From the NCBI GenBank assembly GCA_043811535.1, contig JBDRNC010000016.1:1-40428 (forward strand): 40,428 nt of DNA, given 5' to 3'. A program made the position numbers and the translations under genes. Source of the DNA: Elusimicrobiota bacterium. GTDB taxonomy: Bacteria; Elusimicrobiota; Endomicrobiia; Endomicrobiales; JBDRNC01. The notes under the pieces were generated by a model that had not been told where the DNA came from, ran no database searches, and worked only from the letters and a program-made list of their open reading frames with translations. This document shows, piece by piece, positions 1-7,279 of this stretch (position 1 is the first letter of the stretch; each line of letters opens with the position of its first letter).

Positions 1-155
1 TACATGATACTCCGTCTTATATACTGCGTGCGTGCTCTTTCTGAATCTCATTCGCAGATTATATCATTTTTACCAGGCCTGCCGTCTGGACTGGCCTATC
101 CATCACCAGGCAGGAGCCTGGTGGTTTGACGGCTCACTAAAAAATAAGAGGCATT

Positions 156-347
156 ATGGAAAATTTCTTTCAAAAAGCAGTGCATTTCCTGAAAGAGGCG
201 TACTCTGAGCTTAAGAAAGTCACTTGGCTTTCAAAGAAAGAGGTGATAGCGTCAACGATAGTCGTCAGCCTGCTGGTGGCATTCGTCGCCATTTTCGTGG
301 GCATCGCTGATTTTATCCTTTCAAAAATTCTCGGCACAATACTATAA
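156..347 (+). CDS. secE: Preprotein translocase subunit SecE
   Basis: 63 aa with the ELKKVTW motif followed by one TM helix; GAGG RBS; directly upstream of nusG. Confidence 0.95.
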   Translation: MENFFQKAVHFLKEAYSELKKVTWLSKKEVIASTIVVSLLVAFVAIFVGIADFILSKILGTIL

Positions 348-358
348 AGAGGTAGAAA

Positions 359-892
359 ATGGCAAACAACCAGTGGTACGTAGTTCACACATATTCCGGT
401 CATGAAGACCGGGTAAAAACAAGCGTCGAAAAAGCCGTGGCGAACCTCGGCATGCAGGACAGGATCGCCCAGGTATTGGTCCCCACCGAAGAAGTCGTTG
501 AAATAAAGCGCAACAAGAAAAACATCAAGAAAAGAAAATTTTACCCGGGCTATGTATTCATCGAGATGACCATAGACAACGAAACATACTGGCTTGTCAG
601 GAACACCGCCGGTGTCACGGGCTTTCTGGGCGGGGTCAAGCCGGTTCCGATGCCTGAAGACGAAGTAAAGAATCTCGTTGAAGTGGTTTCATCCCCTTCC
701 GGGGCGAAGCCGCGGCCGGCCATCATGTTCGAAAAGGAAGAAAACGTTAGGATAATAGAAGGGCCGTTCAAGCATTTCATCGGCATAGTGGAAGAGGTAA
801 ATGAAGAGCGCGGCAAACTGAAAGTGATGGTCACTATATTCGGCAGGCCGACGCCTGTGGAACTGGATTATCTCCAGGTAGAGAAACTATAA
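359..892 (+). CDS. nusG: Transcription termination/antitermination factor NusG
   Basis: WYVVHTYSG start, YPGYVF, C-terminal KOW (GPFKHFIG...IFGRPTPVEL). Confidence 0.98.
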   Translation: MANNQWYVVHTYSGHEDRVKTSVEKAVANLGMQDRIAQVLVPTEEVVEIKRNKKNIKKRKFYPGYVFIEMTIDNETYWLVRNTAGVTGFLGGVKPVPMPEDEVKNLVEVVSSPSGAKPRPAIMFEKEENVRIIEGPFKHFIGIVEEVNEERGKLKVMVTIFGRPTPVELDYLQVEKL

Positions 893-893
893 C

Positions 894-927
894 CTAGCGC
901 ATAGCGTATAGGGTATAGCGGATAGTA
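894..927. repeat. Heptamer ladder (ATAGCGT-like) after nusG
   Basis: ctagcgc atagcgt atagggt atagcgg atagtaa. Confidence 0.6.
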
Positions 928-1038
928 ATACCCCGATTCGTTGACCATATCTCAGTTTTTTTCAAAAACTTCGATATACTCATCGGGGTCTCACATGAGA
1001 CAATTAAGAAAATACTTGTGGAGTGAGAGGAGCTAAAA

Positions 1039-1473
1039 ATGGCTGTGAAAAAGAAGGTAAAAACTCAAATCAAACTGCAGATTCCCGCAGGCAACGCCAA
1101 CCCGGCGCCCCCAGTTGGCCCGGCGCTCGGACAACAGGGTGTCAACATTATGGAATTCTGCAAGCAGTTCAACGTGAGGACAGCCTCAATGGAAGCGGGA
1201 ATGACGATACCCGTGGTCATAACGGTCTTTGAAGACAGGTCATTCACGTTCATAACGAAAATGCCCCCGGTATCCGCGCTTGTAAAAAAAGCGGCGGGAC
1301 TCGCAAAAGCTTCCGGCGAGCCCAATAAAAATAAGGTCGGCAAGATAACCAAGAAACAGGTTGAAGAAATAGCGAAACAGAAGATGCCGGACCTTAACGC
1401 GAACGACATCCAATCCGCGATGCTGATGGTTGAAGGCACGGCGCGCAGCATGGGAATAGAAGTAGTTGAATAA
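1039..1473 (+). CDS. rplK: 50S ribosomal protein L11
   Basis: [21 protein letters not shown]...GTARSMGI. Confidence 0.99.
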   Translation: MAVKKKVKTQIKLQIPAGNANPAPPVGPALGQQGVNIMEFCKQFNVRTASMEAGMTIPVVITVFEDRSFTFITKMPPVSALVKKAAGLAKASGEPNKNKVGKITKKQVEEIAKQKMPDLNANDIQSAMLMVEGTARSMGIEVVE

Positions 1474-1476
1474 GAC

Positions 1477-1550
1477 AATTACAAATTACACATTACAGAT
1501 TACAAATTGACTTTTTCAATCTGTAATTTGTAATCGCTGAATCTGTAATT
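1477..1550. repeat. ATTACA[AG] heptamer-ladder inverted repeat, copy 1
   Basis: Left arm aattacaaattacacattacagattacaaattga (1477-1510), 5-nt loop, right arm tcaatctgtaatttgtaatcgctgaatctgtaatt (1516-1550). Confidence 0.9.
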
Positions 1551-1557
1551 ATATATA

Positions 1558-1610
1558 TGTGGGAGTCCTAAGTCCGCCGCGGCGGACGAAGTAAAGGACA
1601 ATCAACCACA
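1558..1610 (+). promoter_or_regulatory. Probable ribosomal protein L1 autoregulatory binding site upstream of rplA
   Basis: TGTGG(GA)GTCCT...AGGAC(AATCAA)CCACA: two stems separated by an asymmetric loop, immediately before the AGGAG RBS of rplA. Confidence 0.65.
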
Positions 1611-1622
1611 AGGAGAAATAAA

Positions 1623-2306
1623 ATGAGCAAACGTCTTAAAGAATCCCTCAAACTGGTAGACAAAACGAAGCTTTACACGCTTCAGGAAGCCGTTGACCTC
1701 GTCAAGAAAACCGCTAACGCGAAGTTTGACGAAACCGTGGAGATACACGTACGGCTCGGGATAGACCCCAAGCAGAGCGACCAGATAGTGCGCGGGACCA
1801 TCGCGCTTCCGCACGGCATAGGCAAAACGCGCAACGTGGTTGTGATCGCAAAAGGCGAAAAGTTGAAAGAAGCCGAAGCCGCGGGAGCTGATTCAGCCGG
1901 CGACGTGGAACTCATCGAAAAGATATCCAAGGGCTGGCTGGATTTTGACGTGCTGGTCGCAACGCCCGATTCGATGAAAGACCTGAGCAAACTCGGAAAA
2001 ATGCTCGGTCCCAAAGGACTCATGCCGAACCCGAAATCCGGAACCGTAACCTTTGAAATCGAAAGAACGGTAAAAGAACTGAAACTCGGAAGAATAGAGT
2101 ACAAGAACGATTCCTACGGAATCATACACTGCGCGGCCGGCAAAGCTTCTTTCGCGCCCGAAAAACTCACGGAGAATATAAAGACCCTGCTCGAAGCTAT
2201 TATAAAGGCCAAACCGGCGACATCCAAAGGCCATTACCTCAAGAGCGTCACGGTTTCATCCACCATGGGGCCCGGCATCAGGCTGGACCCGAATCAGAAA
2301 TTTTAA
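1623..2306 (+). CDS. rplA: 50S ribosomal protein L1
   Basis: [36 protein letters not shown]. Confidence 0.99.
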   Translation: MSKRLKESLKLVDKTKLYTLQEAVDLVKKTANAKFDETVEIHVRLGIDPKQSDQIVRGTIALPHGIGKTRNVVVIAKGEKLKEAEAAGADSAGDVELIEKISKGWLDFDVLVATPDSMKDLSKLGKMLGPKGLMPNPKSGTVTFEIERTVKELKLGRIEYKNDSYGIIHCAAGKASFAPEKLTENIKTLLEAIIKAKPATSKGHYLKSVTVSSTMGPGIRLDPNQKF

Positions 2307-2310
2307 CGTC

Positions 2311-2341
2311 AGCAATTGGCTATTAGCAATTAGCAATTGGT
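2311..2341. repeat. Heptamer ladder (AGCAATT)
   Basis: agcaatt ggctatt agcaatt agcaatt gg. Confidence 0.65.
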
Positions 2342-2352
2342 GAACAACCTTT

Positions 2353-2430
2353 AATCCCCCTCTTTCCCCCTTATTTCATTCCCGCATCGGCGTAGCTTAT
2401 GCGGGAATGGCAGGATGGCAGGGGGATTTT
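2353..2430. repeat. C-rich REP-like element (AATCCCCCTCTTTCCCCCTT...AGGGGGATT) with an internal CATTCCCGCAT/ATGCGGGAATG hairpin
   Basis: Same left end as the copies at 32825 and 35192; perfect 11-bp IR at 2377-2387/2399-2409. Confidence 0.75.
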
Positions 2431-2446
2431 ATTGTATAATAAATGT

Positions 2447-2944
2447 ATGTTCCGGATTTCAAAAGAGAATTCATTTAAACTGCTCTGGCTTACCTTGTTC
2501 GGCATCGCCTTCGGATATGTTGAAGCGGCCGTCGTAGTCTACCTGCGCGCGCTTTTCTATCCCGGCGGATTCAATATCCCCCTTACCCTGGGTTTTCCGT
2601 TTATTTATTTCGGTACTACCCCATTCCTTCAGCCCGTGTCCCACAATATCCTGCTTGCCGAAACGGGCCGCGAAGCGGCCACCATACTCATGCTCGCGTC
2701 AGTAGCTTTTCTTTCAGGAAAGACGTTAAAACAGAAACTCGCGTTTTTCCTTTTGCCGTTCGCCGTATGGGATATTTTCTACTATGTCTTCCTGAAGGTT
2801 CTTATCGGCTGGCCGGCGTCACTTTCGACGCTGGACGTTTTATTCCTCATCCCCGTCCCGTGGATCTCCCCCGTCTGGCTTCCTCTAAGCGCATCCTTAC
2901 TTATAATTTTTTGCAGCCTGTATCTGCTTTCCAAGGAAAAATAG
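2447..2944 (+). CDS. Hypothetical multi-pass membrane protein
   Basis: Four hydrophobic segments, conserved-looking EAAVVVYLR, E..REAATILML and WDIFYY motifs; start moved to ATG 2447 because the 2399 start lies inside a repeat. Confidence 0.8.
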   Translation: MFRISKENSFKLLWLTLFGIAFGYVEAAVVVYLRALFYPGGFNIPLTLGFPFIYFGTTPFLQPVSHNILLAETGREAATILMLASVAFLSGKTLKQKLAFFLLPFAVWDIFYYVFLKVLIGWPASLSTLDVLFLIPVPWISPVWLPLSASLLIIFCSLYLLSKEK

Positions 2945-2956
2945 CTTCTGGGTTGT

Positions 2957-2996
2957 TTGTAATCTTTCAATCTTGTAATCTTTAAATATTTTAATT
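2957..2996. repeat. Octamer ladder (TTGTAATC)
   Basis: ttgtaatc tttcaatc ttgtaatc tttaaata ttttaatt. Confidence 0.55.
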
Positions 2997-3016
2997 AGCT
3001 GTAAACTGGGGGAGTC

Positions 3017-4384
3017 ATGCCGCTTTTTTCCTATCTCGCACGCCGTCCTTTTATCCTTATTACCTTAGCCTATATCGCGGTCTTGATATCGCTTGACAGT
3101 TCCGGATATTTCGACCGCGCGCCCGCGGATGACATATCCCGTTCCGCTCCGCTGAAGAACGCCGTAATTGACGGCTGTATTACAGACGCGCCTGAATTCA
3201 AGAACGGCAGGTTTTCGGCCATTGTTAAAACTACCGCCCTCAACGGCCGGCCCGCGCGCGGCAGGATTTTTTTAATATATCCGAAAGCTTCCGGAGAGTT
3301 TCAGCCGGGCGACATTGTCACTTTACGGGACAACCTTAACAGTATCACACCGCCAAAAAAACCGGGCGGTTTTGATTTCCGCAAATACTTATCCAGAAAA
3401 AGCGTGTATTCCTCAGCGTATGCTTTTAGAATCAGAAAATCGGGCGGGAATAAAAGGCCGTTTATCATGAAATTCGCCGACTGCGTGGCGGACGATATAA
3501 CCGGAACGGTAAAAGCGCGCTTGCCGGAACGCGAAGCGGGCGTCCTTATCAAAATGCTTATCGGCGGAAAAGGCGCGGTTTCGCCGGATGATAAAACTAA
3601 ATTCACGGACGCCGGCGTTATTCATATCCTGGTCGTCAGCGGCATGAATGTCGCGTACGTCGCGGCTTTTTTCGCTTTTCTTTTCAGGATATCCGGGTTT
3701 TCCGGAGTGCATTCACTTATGCTGTCGGTCCCCTTCATCTTCCTTTACACGCTTGTCACGGGGGCCAACCCTCCCATCGCGCGCGCGAGCATAATGGCGT
3801 CGTTTGTAATATTTTCATACGCGTTATCCAGGGATTCAAATATTTACCAGTCGCTGAGCATGGCGGCCTTCGTTATTCTCCTGCGTGAACCCCAGGCGCT
3901 GTTTACTCCGAGCTTCCAGCTGTCGTTCGCGGCAACGATAGGAATAGTTTATTTCTATCCTGTTCTCGTTTCCCCGTTCCGCGGCCTGCACGCGGTCATA
4001 AGAGCCGCCGCGGCGACGGCGGCCGTCACCTTGTCCGCGCAGTTAGCGGTGAACCCCCTGCTTGCCCTGTATTTCGAAAAGATCTCCCTTATAGGGCTTA
4101 TCAGCAACATAATAATAGTGCCGCTCGCGGGAATTGTCACGATTACCGGCCTCGCGCTCTACCTCTTATCCGTTTTCCTCCCTTGGCTCGCGGGAACCGC
4201 GGCCGCGGTGAACTATCACCTTGTGCGCCTCGTGCTTTTCTTCGTCGATTTCTTCTCCGGGCTCAAATACGCTTCCGTCCATGTCCCTGCCCCTTCGATC
4301 CGCCTCATCATCGCCTACTATATCGGAATAGTCGTATTTTTTGGTATAATAAGCAGTAGAGTCACGAATGAAAAAGAACGTTAA
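3017..4384 (+). CDS. comEC: ComEC/Rec2 competence protein (OB + Competence domain, no C-terminal metallo-beta-lactamase domain)
   Basis: PGGFDFRKYL, GVIHILVVSGMNV, PSFQLSFAA motifs; 455 aa. Confidence 0.9.
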   Translation: MPLFSYLARRPFILITLAYIAVLISLDSSGYFDRAPADDISRSAPLKNAVIDGCITDAPEFKNGRFSAIVKTTALNGRPARGRIFLIYPKASGEFQPGDIVTLRDNLNSITPPKKPGGFDFRKYLSRKSVYSSAYAFRIRKSGGNKRPFIMKFADCVADDITGTVKARLPEREAGVLIKMLIGGKGAVSPDDKTKFTDAGVIHILVVSGMNVAYVAAFFAFLFRISGFSGVHSLMLSVPFIFLYTLVTGANPPIARASIMASFVIFSYALSRDSNIYQSLSMAAFVILLREPQALFTPSFQLSFAATIGIVYFYPVLVSPFRGLHAVIRAAAATAAVTLSAQLAVNPLLALYFEKISLIGLISNIIIVPLAGIVTITGLALYLLSVFLPWLAGTAAAVNYHLVRLVLFFVDFFSGLKYASVHVPAPSIRLIIAYYIGIVVFFGIISSRVTNEKER

Positions 4385-4973
4385 GATATTAATCGCATTC
4401 AGCGCAGGAATTCTTGCCCTGTTCACCGTTTTCCACAAACCCCTGCTGACTCGGGCCGGAGCCTTCCTTATCCATCAGGACGCGATAGAACCCGCCGACG
4501 CCGTGCTGGTGCTTGGCGGCGGGCTTGATGAACGCATATTCCAGGGATTGGAGCTTTACAACGGCAAGTACGGCCGCAAATTGATATTCACCGGGCAGTT
4601 CAGCCCGTGGCACAACTACAACTGGGCCATCGCGGCAGGGCAGTTGGCGGCCGAACGCGGGGTTCCGAAGAAGGACATAATCCTCATAGTCATGCCTAAA
4701 AGCACCCACGACGACGCCGTGTTGTCAAAAGAAGCGTGCGAGCGGAATCATATCAGGTCCATCATCGTGACCAGCGAACCGTTCCACACAAAGAGGGCTT
4801 ACCACTCGTTCAGAAAGGTCTACGAGGGCTCGGGTATAAAGGTCATGTTCTACCCGGTCCAGAACAGCTGGTATAAAAAAGACACCTGGTGGAAATCGAA
4901 AAAGGGCATAAGGCAGACAGCCGCAGAGTACCTGAAGCTCGCGTATTACATGTTCAAAGGCTACCTTAAATAA
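4368..4973 (+). CDS. YdcF/ElyC/SanA family (DUF218) protein
   Basis: ADAVLVLGGG, R...G..LY, IIVTSEPFHTKRA, E..K...Y; N-terminal membrane anchor. Confidence 0.88.
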   Translation: MKKNVKILIAFSAGILALFTVFHKPLLTRAGAFLIHQDAIEPADAVLVLGGGLDERIFQGLELYNGKYGRKLIFTGQFSPWHNYNWAIAAGQLAAERGVPKKDIILIVMPKSTHDDAVLSKEACERNHIRSIIVTSEPFHTKRAYHSFRKVYEGSGIKVMFYPVQNSWYKKDTWWKSKKGIRQTAAEYLKLAYYMFKGYLK

Positions 4974-5000
4974 TGTATACTATCGGAAAAGAGGATACGA

Positions 5001-5459
5001 ATGATAAGAAATAAAGTAATGGACGGCGTTATGTTCATGAACGCCGAGCGGATCGCGACAATAGCAAAGAATAAGTCTGAAGAGATACGCGTATCGCTTT
5101 TGAGAAACAACAAGGTTGACGTGCGGATGTATTTCTATTTTCCGAACGAGCTCGAGCCCAAGCCGACAAAAAAGGGCGTGTGGCTGTCGCCTAAACACAC
5201 CAAACCGATAGTCGCGGCGCTGAAAAAACTGCTGGAAAACTCCGGCGAAGAAGTGAAGCTGGAATTTTTGTTGTCTGACCGGGAACAACTCCGCGCCTAC
5301 ACCGGCGAATACATGGACACGAAACTTTTCCATATAAGAACCTTCTATCAGAAGGAGGGCGAGTTCCTGCCGGGCAAAGGGATCTCGTTCCCCGTAACGC
5401 TTACCGATAAAATGCACGAAGCGCTGAAGATTGCTTCACAAAAGCAGCAAGCCGCCTGA
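5001..5459 (+). CDS. Tandem PC4/YdbC-like ssDNA-binding protein (two repeats)
   Basis: Repeat 1 EEIRVSL..VDVRMYF...PTKKGVWL; repeat 2 EQLRAYTGEY...HIRTFY...PGKGISF. Confidence 0.72.
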   Translation: MIRNKVMDGVMFMNAERIATIAKNKSEEIRVSLLRNNKVDVRMYFYFPNELEPKPTKKGVWLSPKHTKPIVAALKKLLENSGEEVKLEFLLSDREQLRAYTGEYMDTKLFHIRTFYQKEGEFLPGKGISFPVTLTDKMHEALKIASQKQQAA

Positions 5460-5461
5460 AC

Positions 5462-5488
5462 CCATTCCACCTACGCGGTGGAAAATGG
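5462..5488. repeat. Hairpin (TCCACCTACG family), possible terminator
   Basis: ccatt-ccacc-tacgc-ggtgg-aa-aatgg; related sequence at 24561-24575. Confidence 0.5.
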
Positions 5489-5516
5489 TTAGAAAAAGTC
5501 TAAAAAGGACGAAGCC

Positions 5517-6344
5517 ATGAAAAAAATTGTCGGTATCATCTACAATCCCGAGAAAAAGAGGGCCTGCAAGGACGCAAAGGAACTTCAGGGTTTTCTGCGC
5601 AGGAAAAAATGCGACGCGGAACTCATCCCGTCGAACGCGAAAAAGATTTCAAACTTTGATTTCGCCGTGACGCTCGGCGGCGACGGCACGATGCTCAAGG
5701 CAAGCCGCCTCGTCGCGCCGCTCGGCATTCCCGTGCTCGGCATAAACATGGGCTCGCTCGGTTTTCTCGCCGAAACGACCTCTTCCGAGTCAAAAGCGGT
5801 CCTTGCGGACATAATCAGGGACAAATTCCATATTGAAGAGCGCATGATGCTGGACGTCATGATAAAATCCAGGAACAAAAAGATACAGGAACTCGCGCTC
5901 AACGACTGCATCATACACTCCGGCATGAACGGCAGGGTGATAACCATCCGCGCTAGCATTAACGACGAGTTCCTCGCCGATTACATCAGCGACGGCCTCA
6001 TCATCTCCACGCCTACCGGCTCTACGGCCTACTCGCTCGCGGCGTCGGGCCCGATAGTCCACCCGTCGCTCTCGCTTTTTGTGCTTACACCGATATGCCC
6101 GCACACGCTTACGCAGAGGCCGCTGATAGTTTCAACGAACCATATATTGTCATTCACCGTAGACATAAGGAAACGGCAGGAAATACCCGTTGTCTCCGTT
6201 GACGGGCAGCTGAATTACGCGCTTAAATCCGGCGACCAGATAGTTGTAACTGCTTCACCGAGACCGCTCCAGCTCATAGTCAACCCGAAACGGAAGTATT
6301 TCCAGGTGCTTCGCGCCAAGCTGAAATGGGGAGAACGCGGATAA
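5517..6344 (+). CDS. nadK: NAD(+) kinase
   Basis: LGGDGT, GSLGFL, DGLIISTPTGSTAYSLAASGP, PICPH. Confidence 0.97.
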   Translation: MKKIVGIIYNPEKKRACKDAKELQGFLRRKKCDAELIPSNAKKISNFDFAVTLGGDGTMLKASRLVAPLGIPVLGINMGSLGFLAETTSSESKAVLADIIRDKFHIEERMMLDVMIKSRNKKIQELALNDCIIHSGMNGRVITIRASINDEFLADYISDGLIISTPTGSTAYSLAASGPIVHPSLSLFVLTPICPHTLTQRPLIVSTNHILSFTVDIRKRQEIPVVSVDGQLNYALKSGDQIVVTASPRPLQLIVNPKRKYFQVLRAKLKWGERG

Positions 6345-6351
6345 CGACGGA

Positions 6352-6375
6352 GAGTAGGTGAGTAAGAGAGTAAGA
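6352..6375. repeat. Octamer ladder (GAGTAAGA)
   Basis: gagtaggt gagtaaga gagtaaga. Confidence 0.5.
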
Positions 6376-6439
6376 AAAAGCAAAAAAGCGGTTTAGGCAA
6401 CCTCGCGGATAATTTAATTGCTACTTTTTGGGGGTATTA

Positions 6440-7108
6440 ATGGATAATAGACGAATTCTATATATTTTTCTTGATGAGGGAGGCGACCTAAACTTCTCAG
6501 CTTCAGGAACAAAATATTTCACACTCACTGGTGTAACGAAAGAAAGACCTTTTGAAGCATATAAACATCTATCTACGTTAAAATATGATGTAATCGAATC
6601 TGGAACAGAAATTGAATATTTTCATGCATCCGAAGACAGACAACAAGTTAGAAACCAAGTATTTCCCATTATTCAATCATTACTCGGTAAAATTCGCATT
6701 GATAGTTTGATTGTAGAAAAACGAAAAACAGGTCCAAGCTTAAGAGTAGAAGAAAGATTCTACCCTCAAATGTTAGGATATCTTCTTCAATATATTATTA
6801 ATGGCCACAAACTCGATGAGTTTCACAGTATAATTGTTTTTACCGATGATTTACCAATAAGAAGAAAACGAAATGCTATTGAAAAAACCATTAAAACAGT
6901 ATTAAGTCATATACTTCCGGCATCAATTAAATATAGTATATACCATCATCAATCGAAATCTAATTATAACTTACAAATAGTAGATTATTGTAATTGGGCG
7001 ATTTTTAGAAAGTGGGAGAGGAGTGATACTAGGTCTTATGATTTAATTAGGGGGAGTATAGCTAGTGAATTTGATATATTTTGGTCAGGAAGTACTTTTT
7101 ACTATTAA
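6440..7108 (+). CDS. DUF3800 family protein (predicted RNase H-like fold)
   Basis: IFLDEGGD near the N-terminus, FHAS, VFTDD, C-terminal LQIVDY; visibly AT-rich relative to neighbours; ATG 6440 after GGGGG. Confidence 0.85.
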   Translation: MDNRRILYIFLDEGGDLNFSASGTKYFTLTGVTKERPFEAYKHLSTLKYDVIESGTEIEYFHASEDRQQVRNQVFPIIQSLLGKIRIDSLIVEKRKTGPSLRVEERFYPQMLGYLLQYIINGHKLDEFHSIIVFTDDLPIRRKRNAIEKTIKTVLSHILPASIKYSIYHHQSKSNYNLQIVDYCNWAIFRKWERSDTRSYDLIRGSIASEFDIFWSGSTFYY

Positions 7109-7191
7109 AAAAGCGACCGCCCCGACTACTCTTTCGAGAGTGCCCCATGGGCACTTATCATCGCGGCGGAACCTTTAACTTCATGACTTGC
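7107..7191 (-). ncRNA. Structured ncRNA convergent with the DUF3800 gene (DUF3800-associated RNA-like)
   Basis: Own sigma70 promoter; closing stem 7169-7161/7125-7117, hairpin AGUGCCC-AUG-GGGCACU (7155-7139), hairpin CUC-GAAA-GAG (7138-7129), ends in U6 (7112-7107). Confidence 0.72.
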
Positions 7192-7197
7192 ACTAAT

Positions 7198-7226
7198 AGT
7201 ATAGATGTTTTGTTTACATTTGTCAA
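7198..7226 (-). promoter_or_regulatory. Sigma70 promoter for the ncRNA
   Basis: Minus strand TTGACA (7226-7221), 17 nt, TATACT (7203-7198). Confidence 0.8.
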
Positions 7227-7279
7227 CATTTGTATTACTTTTGTATTCTTTTGTGTTATATTGTAGTAATTAGGAAATC

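Noticed and set aside
60..140. tRNA-Trp or an att remnant upstream of secE (CCAGGCCTGCC at 73-83)
   Set aside because: No T-arm GTTC motif, anticodon arm or cloverleaf; the match to a tRNA 3' end is too short to support
1477..1550. Ladder repeats as a CRISPR array or similar repeat-spacer array
   Set aside because: Units are 7-9 nt, contiguous and mirrored, with no unique spacers and no cas genes in the window
7081..7266. 61-aa ORF after DUF3800
   Set aside because: TTG start inside the upstream gene, no RBS, runs through the ncRNA structure and promoter
6415..7272. Terminal repeats or target duplication around the DUF3800 cassette (TAATTGCTAC/GTAGTAATTA; AAAAAAGCG at 6382 and 7107)
   Set aside because: Only 9-10 bp, imperfect or low-complexity in AT-rich DNA; compatible with chance
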